The notes below the pieces were generated by a model. That model ran no database searches and was not told the DNA's origin. It was given only the letters and a program-made list of their open reading frames with translations. 64,000 bases of DNA. Source: Antedon mediterranea. Taxonomy: Eukaryota; Animalia; Echinodermata. Position 1 is the first letter of the stretch. Every line of letters starts with the position of its first letter. Shown piece by piece: positions 49,981 to 61,569 of the stretch. Where the stretch lies: NCBI RefSeq assembly GCF_964355755.1, contig NC_092670.1:39482388-39546387 (forward strand), written 5' to 3'. The position numbers and the translations under genes are program-made.

Positions 49981-51512
49981 AGTGTACACATCTAGCTCAT
50001 GTACACTTTAAAGAACCTATTACATCTTTCGAGACGAGTAGGGGGTTACCCCGGTGTACTAGTTCATACACACACACTGTTGTGGACAGACGTAATGGCG
50101 TCGTAGTTGGCTGCCGATGACACGATGGGACCTTTAGGGGAGAAGAATGTTGTTGAAAAGGTGTAACATCTTAGTCCACATCGCCTTCGATCACTTGTTG
50201 CTGGAATTGGCGATTTACAAATTGTATATATATTATATTATTATTAATTTTATCATGATGATCTCATATCACTACCATTTTTGGGACACTAATTTAATAG
50301 TGGAGACTGAGCTTTAGCAATTATAAACACACTCATTCCTCTAACAGATCTAAAAATCCCCTTTTTTTAAAGGTCTATGGGGGTTGGTTAACAATGCTGG
50401 AATTACAGGACTTGTTGGCATGTATGATTGGTGGACAAAAGAAGAGCTACAAAATGTGTTTGACGTCCACCTGCTCGGTGCTATCGACGTAACAAACACG
50501 TTTCTACCACTCGTTAAAAAGGCCAAAGGTCGAGTCGTCAATATGTGTAGTAGCTTAGGAATCAATCCTATCCCAAGTGGTGGATATGGAATCGCAAAAC
50601 TTGGACTAATGGTGTTCTCAGATGGTTTACGGTAAGGAACCCTCAACTCAACTACTTTGAAAATAAAATATAAAATTTATAGATAGGAAGATTCATTAGA
50701 AGTCAAACAAAAAATCCCTATGAATACAAATGAGTTGTCTGTCTACACTATTAAACTTTTGTGACAACAAATTATTTGGACACATAACACATTTTTTTGG
50801 TCAAAATTGTTTTATAGTGTAGGCAGAGTTTAGTACAATTAAAACTGACTTTTGTAAATGTTTTGTTTATTGCAGAATTACCTTGAAGAAGCATGGAGTA
50901 TCCATTCATATAATTGAGCCTGGTTATTTCCGCACATTTGTAGCTGATGCCAAAAGGAACATTTTACCGTCTATGAAAAAAGCATGGGATAGATTAAGCA
51001 CAGAAGAAAAGGATGCATATGGGCCAGATTACGTAGAAGAGTGTAAGAGATCTTTGTTTCACACAATGGAAGGTTAAAAACCAGTCATTCTGGTCTTTTA
51101 CAGCTTCCTATTCTAAAGAAAAGCAAATTTGTACCATACTTACCAAGCAACCGTTTGTGGTAAAAATCTACACTATCAAAAACTGTGTGATGTGCCCAAA
51201 TATGGTAATGATGTGCCCAAATACGGTAGTGATGATGTCACAACATTCTACTCAAACTTATTTTTTTTAAACTTTCTCTTATTTTCAGATTCCAATAAAG
51301 TTGAAGATGCCATGAAGTTGCTTTGCTCTCCACGTTTGCACTACGTTACCGACGACATACAGCACGCCCTCTTTGCACGATGGCCGTACAATCGCTATGC
51401 ACCAGGCATTGATGCTAAACTAGTTTGGCAGCCGTTGCAGTATTTCCCAAGTTTTATAACTGATAAGCTTTTTGAGACATTTAATCCAATCCCAAAATGT
51501 GCAAAAGAATAA
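49010..51512 (+). CDS. Retinol dehydrogenase-like short-chain dehydrogenase/reductase (RDH7/RDH16/DHRS9, SDR9C family)
   Basis: Exons 49010-49044 (tentative ATG exon), 49259-49581, 50373-50631, 50876-51042 and 51289-51512 give 335 aa. N-terminal hydrophobic anchor, KYVLITGCDTGFG, GLWGLVNNAG, YGIAK (YxxxK), IIEPGYF, HALFARWPYNRYAPGIDAK. Confidence 0.93.
49848..50075 (+). mobile_element. Deu-core tRNA SINE
   Basis: GTGGCCGAGCGGTTAAGAC head, GGTTCGAGGC B box, conserved core. Confidence 0.85.
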
Positions 51513-51947
51513 AACACCACATCAATACAAGACGAGAACAGCTTGTTACATAAGTTTGATAGTGTAAACCGGTTGACACCGGTTGACAAGCATCAACAAA
51601 TTGCAGAAAACTGGTTTTCACAAATCTGCACAAGTCTACACAAGCAAACTTTAATTCGCAAAAAAAGTTTGGTAGTGTGCTGAATGTGAATGATTTTACA
51701 GATAAAAGAAACATTTTTTAATAGAAATATACTAGATTTAATGATGATACTAAGCAGTTATTATAATAATGAAGAATATAAATCATTCCTAGTTCAATAA
51801 ACATTTCATAACATACTCCGTATTAATAATTATAATTCTTTACCAGGCAAAGAACTTATCTACCCTACAAAATACTTGATTGATGTATAAATCTTAGAAA
51901 AGATAGCGGTAATGTGTGACAAAAACAGAAGTACTGTATGCTATAGA

Positions 51948-52077
51948 AATGGTCACCATGGATACAATGGTCACCATGGATACAATGGTCACCATGGATA
52001 CAATGGTCAACATGGATACAATGGTCACCATGGATACAATGGTCACCATGGATACAATGGTCACCATGGATACAATG
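51948..52077. repeat. 18-bp minisatellite, about 7 copies
   Basis: (AATGGTCACCATGGATAC)n between the convergent RDH and ARPC2 3' ends. Confidence 0.95.
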
Positions 52078-53354
52078 TTGCAGAACCAAAAGATAACTAT
52101 ACAGAAAAGTGATTCACACTGAATAAACATTTTTTTTTTTAAGATTTCCAACTTAATTTGGCAAATGTTACCACTGTTTTTAATTTATTAATTTGACACA
52201 AGTGGTTGTATACAAACTAGGAAGGTCAGTAGATTGACCTCGTGGTTAGTCTTACTGTCTAATTGGGTTACTAATCTCGCGATTTGGGCGAGTTACCGGA
52301 GGGGTAAGTTTACAAGATTGTACTTAAATAAACTTGAAATAATCAAGTATGAAAAGGTATTACTATTAAAATTAAATTTCTTTTTTTTTGCTTGCATTAT
52401 TATAAAGTGATTATATCCAGCAATTACATTTTGTAATTAAGCTATATTTTTTACATTAATTCTTTAAGTCAAAACAAATTTATATATCCATTTTATTTCT
52501 GTATTAGACAAAACAATTACCAAAGATTAAAGTCTTTCAATAAAGTAAATACAATTTTGATCTTATTTCTGCTCGTTTCTTTTTTAAACAATATAAAAAA
52601 AAAGATACTACAGTACTTAAGAACAATTGTTAAAATGAAATAACTGAAGAATTCTATATTTTAAACAAGCATACCCAGTCATCACGGAAACCACAGTATT
52701 ATTACAGTCTGGCAGGCACAAGGGATTTTTAATTATTTTGATTCAATTTAGATGGTCAAATATCATGCACTATTCTGAAGCACACAAAGAATACTGTATT
52801 AAAAATTCTATAACTTTTTTATTGGCTGCAAGTCAGCGGCATAACGCAGAGGCCTGAGGTTTAGGAACCCTAAGTGGCCCTCCAACACTGGAGGCCTTGG
52901 GAGTTTTTAGCCCTTTTCGACATATTTGAATGTCTTTTCCTCTTGCCATTCGGGGCCCCTGTGAGCACACACAGCCATTACGCTGCTGCTGCTGCCAGTC
53001 CATACATTATTTTTGTCTACTGTGGTTACAGTTAATATATATTTGGTCACATGATGGGTTTGTATTCAAGGACTCTACCACATTGCATTCGATCCGTGTC
53101 TATAATATGCCTATATATTGGAATAACATAACCAAATATGGTCACATTATGAACAAACAGACCAATCACAAACAAATGTGAAATCAATAGCAAATAAATG
53201 ATGACAACCAGCAAGATTGTCTCTTTATTTGCACAATTGTAAAATTGTATTAATTTTAGTTAGTTTCCCCATAAATGGAAAAAGAAATGATTATGTCAGT
53301 GCTTCTGCCAATTTTAAATGATTTCCAACAAAATGGTGTTAACCACAACTGCAT

Positions 53355-56300
53355 TTAACTTCTGGTAAAAGATCGTCCACTGAAAGTTAAAACAGAATTT
53401 GAATATCACATCTTTAATTAATCACAGAATAATACAGTCATATGTGGTTAAATGAGTTGCTTAAGCTCTGTCTACACTATCAGAATGTAAAAAATGTGCC
53501 CATATGTAGACATGATGGTGTCATATCACTTTCATATTTAAGCATATGACTTCCATATTTAAGCATATCACTACCATATTTAGGCACATCACACTTTATT
53601 TTGTCAAACTAGTTAGATGGTGTAGACAGAGCTTAAGTCCTGTGTGCCATCTGGCTATTTCTTAATTATATATGTGTTTTATAAAGCCAAAGGCAAATTA
53701 CTGAAAAAATGACAATGTTGTGGGTATCAGTGGCTGGATCTCAATGGAGATACAAAATAAAAGCGAAAAGCTAAATCAAAACGAGAAGTAAAACAGCCAG
53801 ATATGTGTTTTATAAAGTCATATTTTATCAATTAATTAAACAATATTGTTGAGTTGTACTTACGTTATAGTCTTCTTTTCTTTGTTCTGTGATTCTGGCC
53901 GTGCTCTGTTTAGAATTTTGAGGAACTGAGAGGTTTGTGCGCGCATTCTTGAGTGTATGTAGGCCTGAAAACAAGCATACAAATAAAGACAAAGACATAG
54001 AAAAAAAATTCTTACATAAAATGAATGAAGACTCTTCTAAAATAACTCTCTTCTTAAAGCTCTGTTTACACTATCAAACTAGTTTGACAAAAAAAGTTGT
54101 AATAGGGTTGTTGTAATATGACATCATCATGTCCATATATGGGCACATCACATATTTTTGTCACTTACAGTTTGATAGTGTAGACAGAGCTTTAGGCATT
54201 TATTTGTCATTGACTTTATCAAATATTAGTGGGACTAGGAGTTAAGTATGTACTTCACCTTTGAGCACTTGATGTGGTAGTGTAAGTATGTCCTAAATGT
54301 GTGAATCAGGTCGATTGTGTTCTCTCTCACTTTGGCATTTGTATGTCTTGATTCAAGCACTGTGAAAAATAAACAACGTATTATTGTAGAAAGGCATATG
54401 AAAATTTACTGTGTGTTCCCATACAGCTATGAAACCATCTTTTAAAATCTTATAAAAATCGGGCAATAACTTTTAGAGTAATTCTGCTAACAAATAGCCT
54501 CTCGTCATTCAGGTCATCGAGGTAACAAGGTAATTTAGTGCATGCATCCATTTTATCCACCCATAACAGAGAATGATGGGAAGGGAAGAAATCCAGAGGA
54601 AAACAGAGAATCATGTTTATAAAAGACATTGCAAAGGAACTCAAAACTGAACGCTGGATTTGGAAATTTATAACTTTCTACGTTCTTGTAGGGTATGGCA
54701 CATGAAGAAGATCTATATTACATGCAGAGTAGAGCATTGTCTCTTGTTATGGTTCCACTTACCAAATGTAATATAGCCAATATTTTCTCCGGTTGCTGCA
54801 TTTGTATTGCTCAGTTCAGTTGGGGGGTCCTTGTGGCTGAACAAGACTTGAGGTGCTGTCTGACTTGCCTTGCGTCCTTCTTTAAACTCCTATAACAAAA
54901 ATAACAATTCAAATATCATTTGCATATTCTGTCAACGGAAAAGAATGTTCCTTGCAATTTCTGGTCTCTAAACGAACATAGTTTTATTTGATTACCGTAC
55001 TAACGCGGGTATAAGCCCACCCCCCTCGAACATGAAATCACGTCAAGTTTGGGGGGTGGGCTTATACCCGAGGATCCAAAAATGCAGATCGTCAAAAACA
55101 GCACGTGTACACTGTGTATTCCACCATGCAAGCGAGCGCCCTCACGTGTACGACGTTGCCTCTAAATACACGAGGTGTAGAGTGTTGGAAAATTAAGCTT
55201 ATAGTTCCTGTAATTTATCGTATAATATCTTATTTTAAACATCAATTTAACAAGAATTTATCAAGCAGAAAAGCAAGTATACAATGTTCGTTAAATAGAA
55301 ATGTACCAAAGAAATTTAATAAGCTTGTTTATGGCAGCCGATACCAAATAGTGGTTTTCCGTTTTGGCGACTTGTAGCGTCGTGTGTGAAGCGATCTTCG
55401 ACCGCGATGGAGTGTAAACAAAACAGGACCGCTAGGCCTCATATGGCCTAGCGTATATTAGCCTAGCTTGGTTATGATCAAAGGTAGGTGTATTCTGTGT
55501 ATGGACGTCGCCAAATACAAAATAATGTATTACGACACACACTGTAGATCTTCGAATTAATGGGTGGGCTTATACCCGAGTGCCTCATTTTTCATGAAAA
55601 TTAGTCAAAAGTCGGGGGTGGGCTTATACCCGAGTATGGGCTTATACCCGCGTCAGTACGGTAGTTATATATGGAGCACAAGTATAATATGTGGGTATGT
55701 GCTGAAAAGTATTGGTTTCATATATTTCATAATAATCTCTTCCTAAACATTTGGTACATCAACATGTCAGACGCTATTGATAAGGCTTTGCCGATTCCCT
55801 GTATGTATCTAACATTTGTCAAAGGCAAATTATTTAATACAGTGTACCACATGTGATGCCTGTATCATAGGTTATGAGCCTAACCTAACATAATACAGTG
55901 CCAGATGTGATACACATGTGATACTGTATTACAGAAGTTGCCTAAAATATTGGTAATGAAATGCAATAATGTGCACAATACAAAAGACATGCTTACCTGC
56001 ATAAAGACTTTACCAAAGATGATGTCAACTGAATCTTTGAACACAGTACTAAACACAACTGTCACTCGGTCCTTCCTGGCATTCACATACCTGAAATAGA
56101 AGATACATTTGTCTTGAAACCAGCACATAATATATTTTATGATCCCTAAAGAAAAATACAATTCCTTTGGAGGATATCGAATGTTAACACTTATAAGCAG
56201 CAAATACATAATAAACACCAATTTACAGACAGACGAGCAGTAACGGTAAACAGAAAACCGTGTAGCTTTTTCCTAGTTACAATCTGTATCTATCCTGAGC

Positions 56301-58938
56301 GGAAACCAGCAGTCCGCTCCGCGTTGCGTGTAAATGGTCATAAGGAATAATATAGATTCTATTTTTTTTTTTCTTGATTACTTTTTTTAGTCTACTACAT
56401 TTGCAATATTTATCATTTTAGTCAAATGTATTAAATGCACATTGATATATCTTTGCAAAAAATACTTTTCTTAATTTAGTTTTCACTCTATTTTAATATT
56501 ATACAGTATTTAAAATCCAACCACATATTTTTGGAAAATTCAATGAGTTTTTATGCTTTCACACTAGTTAAAATAAAGTAATTTAAAAGATAAGCTCTTT
56601 CTGTCTACACTATCAAACATTATGTGGTGTGCCCATATATGGACATGATGATGTTATATCACTATATTTGGGCATATCACTACCATATTTTGGGCATATC
56701 ACTACCATATTTAGGCACAAGCAAACTAGTGTGATAGTGTAGACAGAGCTTTACCACAGTATTCTTACATTGTTTCATCATCCCTGTAATGAATAACAGC
56801 CGTATCAATTGGTTTCTCTTTTTGTTGACATTCAAAGTATTTTTCAAAAACAGCAGAGAAGCAGTTACGTTTGAGGAGCGAAGCCTTAGCGACGAGATCA
56901 CTGGTGTCTGCTGGGAGATTTTCCAAATCAAACTGTATTGTGAAGCTGTAGCTTTCTTCTGTACTTGTTATCCATTGCTTGTATATATTCTCTAAAAGCT
57001 TTTGGTCAAAACAAAAAACAAAATTAATTTTAATCTATCACTTTTTTTTTAATCCACACAAAAGTGAAATCTAAAATGTGAATAATTATTAGTCTTCTAA
57101 ATATTCATATTTCACTTTTGGCCCGTTCATGCTTAGTTAATTTACCAGCTAAGTTGGCTACATGGACAAGTTATTAGCTTACTGTTGGGTAGGTAACAAA
57201 TTTAACTGGGAAAATTACTATTAAGCCTGCATGCACTCTAAATTTCTCCTCACAATAGGAAACAAATTAAAAAATTTGAAAAAACCCCCAGCATTTTAAA
57301 TGGTCTATTAAGCTCTGTCTACACTATCAAACTTTATGTGTTAAAAACGTGATGTGGCCATATATGGACACGATGATGTCATATCACTACCATATTTTTG
57401 GGAATATCACACATTTGTTGTCAAATTAGTTTGATAGTGTAGACAGATCTTTAGCATTCTTCTATTGAAAAGGAATTTTAATATTAGAATAATCCATAAC
57501 AATTACCTCTTGTGCTCCATATTTTGCCAATTCATTAAAAAACTTAAGAGAAATACTGAGGTTGATTTTATTTTTCTCTCCATTTGGGTTATACAGGTGA
57601 TAAAGAACACCATCAAAATCTGTGAATAAAACAAGACAAATGTCATCTGTAGCTTGTCATACTTTATGGAGGTAGCCTCAAGCTCTGTCCACACTATCAA
57701 ACTTTATATGCCCATATATGGACATGTCATATCACTACCATATTTGGGCACATCACACTTTTTTTTAAAACTAGTTTGATAGTGTAGACTGAGCTTTAGT
57801 CATGGACGATTTTATACCTCCATAGTTAAGTTAGTTAGTTAAAAACCTTAACTTTCACCAAGCTATTTTCCATGGCCCTAATTTTCAATACCACTCTACC
57901 AGGATTGTCTATGTATGTATTGTAAAATTAGAAAGTGGTTATACTACATCCTTTACGCATGTCCATTTAAAATATCTCCAGATAAAAAAAACCACACTAT
58001 GTAATGTGTATGTTATTTTCATTTTATTAATTTAACATTGTAATTGTATTTTTCAAAGTTGTTTTGTAATATATATAGTTGTTTAGTGTTTAAAGATGTT
58101 TTAACTTTTTTAGCTGTGTGCTATCGTTTTGTACTTTTTATATACCACATTTAATAAATAAATGATATATTATTGAAATATGTATTGGTGCATTTACCTG
58201 CTATTGTCATGTCAATGCTCTCTGGTTTACCTCTGAAACAAAATGAAACATAGAATTAAACATAAAAGGAAAAAAAATATTAATATTATAATACAGCATT
58301 AAAAAGTAGTTTTCACAAAGAGAAATGACTAGACCTACATCTCAAGAAATTAAATCCTTGGATATCCACTTCCTCCTGCTGATTCATTCATGCTGTTTAT
58401 TTTACGTTAAGTTACTGTATATGGTAAGTTAGTTTTATTTTAGGCTAGGCCTTATTCAAATGTTATACTGCTGTGTAACGAGTTAAAAAGGTCATAATTA
58501 TTAAATATAGGCCTAAAACAGCTGGAAGCAGGGTGGAACCTTAATAAATAAAAAGGTCCCTCTATATATAATATAGGCTTATAGCTTTAAAAAAAAATTA
58601 TACAAACATTAAATAGGAATAGGCTCTAGGCCTAGCTAGAGTTTTACGCATTAATAAAACAATAAACAACTTCTATTCATTGAAAATATCCTGCTAACAA
58701 ATCAATTTATATTTAAATAAATGTTATTGATCTAGGCCTAGTAAGAACGTACACGGAAGCAGAAGACTACCCTGGACACTGATCTGTCTCTGTTCGTTCT
58801 CTCTGTCACCGGCACAAACCGCAACAGAAAAGCCTAGCAAAATTTTTAAAAAATGGGTACTCACCCATCCTTTGCCGTCTTGAATTTATGAGATAATGCT
58901 TCTTCTATGATTTTGTTTTTAATTTCTAAAAGAATCAT
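53355..58938 (-). CDS. ARPC2: Actin-related protein 2/3 complex subunit 2 (p34-Arc)
   Basis: Exons 58938-58865, 58232-58198, 57619-57507, 56998-56769, 56090-55997, 54889-54763, 54359-54259, 53964-53864 and 53379-53355 total 900 nt (299 aa): [106 protein letters not shown]. Confidence 0.97.
53464..53633. mobile_element. Harbinger-type MITE (abundant family)
   Basis: Family TIRs, three internal 21-bp subrepeats. Confidence 0.85.
54058..54191. mobile_element. Harbinger-type MITE (abundant family)
   Basis: Family TIRs. Confidence 0.85.
54995..55661. mobile_element. Non-autonomous Tc1/mariner-superfamily (Tc2/pogo-like) element
   Basis: TA duplication; TIRs CCGTACTAACGCGGGTATAAGCCCA / TGGGCTTATACCCGCGTCAGTACGG; repeated GGGCTTATACCCG subterminal motifs. 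Confidence 0.9.
56594..56750. mobile_element. Harbinger-type MITE (abundant family)
   Basis: Family TIRs and subrepeats. Confidence 0.8.
57311..57450. mobile_element. Harbinger-type MITE (abundant family)
   Basis: Family TIRs with TTA flanks. Confidence 0.85.
57681..57795. mobile_element. Harbinger-type MITE (abundant family)
   Basis: Family TIRs. Confidence 0.8.
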
Positions 58939-59203
58939 TTTTATTATTTCAGAAATATGGTATTTTAGGTCTACAATAAACGAATGTTTTTAGCTCACAG
59001 CTACTTCCTGGGTTGGGTTGGTTTTTACACACGACGATCTCGAGCGGAAAACCAGGAAGTTCCTATTCTAATTAATGAAAAGGGTTCCAAGATCATCGTC
59101 GTCATAAACCGGCATTTTATTATTAAATAGAACCACTGAAGCGTGACGGATTCTAGGCTGGCTGCGTTTTGAATCACTTTCATGCGCGTCTGAGTAATCG
59201 AAG
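58939..59203. promoter_or_regulatory. Bidirectional promoter ARPC2/SLC40A1 and probable non-coding first exon of SLC40A1
   Basis: Inverted ETS pair ACTTCCTGG (59003-59011) and CCAGGAAGT (59052-59060); locally CpG-rich; plus-strand donor AAG|GTAACG at 59203. Confidence 0.6.
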
Positions 59204-61569
59204 GTAACGGTAGTGTCGCAATTTGAGACAGAGGACCCATCATCATTATACATTTAAGCTAGCCTACAACAATTAAACTCTCTCTACTACCAACCAAGCA
59301 AGGTAGGCAGGTAGACAGGCAGGTACGGTGTGGGTAGAAGTAATAGAAATGAATCAGTCAGTAAATTAAGCTTGGCCAGTATAAATAAGAGTAAATAACA
59401 ATTATGACAGCAGATGTTTATTTTAATTAACTAGTATTATCATACTAGGCCATGGTAGTAGGCCTCTATATAGGCCTAGCCTAGTAATGCCTATTTATTT
59501 CCTTTATTTCTATATAACAATTATAATAATATTTAGTAAGTAGGGCTAGCTAATTCCGCTAATAGTAGGCCTTTAGTTAGAAGCATATGCCTCTCTCTAG
59601 GCCCTAGAAAGAAGTGGGGATACATAAACGTTATTCACCATTAATTTAATAAATGTGATTTTTTATTTTTTCAATTATTTTGTTATTATTATTGTTATCA
59701 ATGTATACTAAGCCTACATATAGTTTTTTCTCAGGGGGTTTATGTTGTTGACACACTTAATAAAAGAAAAGTATTTGTAAATGATTACATAAAAAGCAGG
59801 TTTTGAAAGAGTCATAAACCACGGAGGTATACAAATATTTATACTAACAACAAAAATTGTTTTATTTTACTGTCATCATTTTGACAAAGTCACATGGAAT
59901 TTATGTTTTATGGGAACATTCAATATTTATGTAAACTGGCCCTGTTAATGAGTTTTACCATTGTTTAACTGTTGGCGATGTTTTTCACATGGGCATCTCA
60001 TGTTAGGGGTAAATAGGTGAATGTACAATCAATGGGGACAACAGTATCTATCTTTCTCAAAAACCCATTGTTGTACACATTTACTTTGACCTTATGCGTT
60101 TGTACAGACGACAGGCAACTGATACCAGACATTCCTTTTGGTGCAATTAAAACAGTTTTTTTCAAAATCAAAAATCAAAAATTATTAATGGTGAATTTTA
60201 ACGAGAGTGATCTAATATAATACAATAGAAAAATAAACCACACCATTTTTCATTTTCATTGGTTAATAAGTTATGAAAAAAACAAATGTGTTTATTCATT
60301 ACTTTCTTGTTACAAACTAATGTACATTAATGTCTTGACAGGCTGAAGAGGTGTTAAGTGATGCATAGTCAAAAAAAAAGATATAGATTATAGTGGAAAT
60401 TGGTGGTGAATGGTTAGTAATAGTACTAATACTTGAAAAATATACTTTTTAAGCGTCATCTTTCTCCCATGATTTTCGAGCTGCCTTTGTTTTTTTTAAA
60501 AATAAATAAATGACAAAAAACAACTAAACTTTCTGATAAAATCACAGAGGTTGATGTTAAACAGCTACTTTGTTATGGCCATACTAGAATTACTACTTAG
60601 AAGTTAATTATTAGACAGGATTTGTTTATTATTACTTTTATAACACTTTTATGCTTTTTAGATTAATTTCCTGATGAAAAAAAAATGAAATCTACTATAA
60701 ATGAACATTTTTGTGTGTCACAAACAATGCAGAATGCTAAGATCATATCCTTTCACAATTACACAATATTAAATTAAAATTGAATTAAATTCTTTAGGCC
60801 ACCTACAAACAAAATACTATTAGTTTATTCAGTATTTTATATTACTTTCAAGTCTTGTTAAATTCAAATTTTAACTCGATGTTAATTTTTGTTGTTGTAA
60901 ATTGGCTTCCCAATAATGAGACTGCCTTGAATGAAATATTCAATATAAACATTCTTAAATGCAATTTATCAATCAACAAAGTACATAAATTAATACATAA
61001 TTGATAGTATATGTAGCAATATCAAACTAATTAACATTAGTCTGACAGACTATACTATTTCCTAAAACTGTTTTTCCCAATTTCCCATTAAGTATCAAAC
61101 TTTACCCCAAAATGACCTAGTGGTTACACCACTTTATTTAAAAGCATAGATAATAAAGCATTGTCATTGCTGTGATGGTATTGTGCAATGGGTTGAAGGT
61201 TTCAACTATAAAAAGATAAGATCATAGTCTCAACAATAGTTTCTATTTGAGCGACTTCAATGAAACTGGGTTCACATGCCTGCTGCACCAGAATCATTTA
61301 GAAGCTCGCAAGCAATTGACCGGCAGTGATGCGAATAGCACTTCTGTATTAAACAACAACATTGAACTTCATTTGTTGATGTGCAGTAAACTGCTACAGT
61401 TTGAGAATACATTCTCTGCCTCATCAGCAGTTTAAAACATTCATTTTGGATGGCGGTATAGACAGTTTAATACTTGTGGGTCAAATTGGGAGAATTTGAT
61501 TGAAAATTACTTCTGATCTTATTTTGTTTTTCTATAAATACCAGAATGGTAACTGAGCAGTAATCTGAA

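Noticed and set aside
51865-52151. His/Gly- and Met/Thr-rich repetitive ORFs
   Set aside because: Translations of the 18-bp minisatellite in several frames.
59068-59253. 61-aa minus-strand ORF upstream of ARPC2
   Set aside because: No recognisable homology; it overlaps the probable ferroportin first exon in antisense, and ARPC2 already starts at its conserved MILLE.
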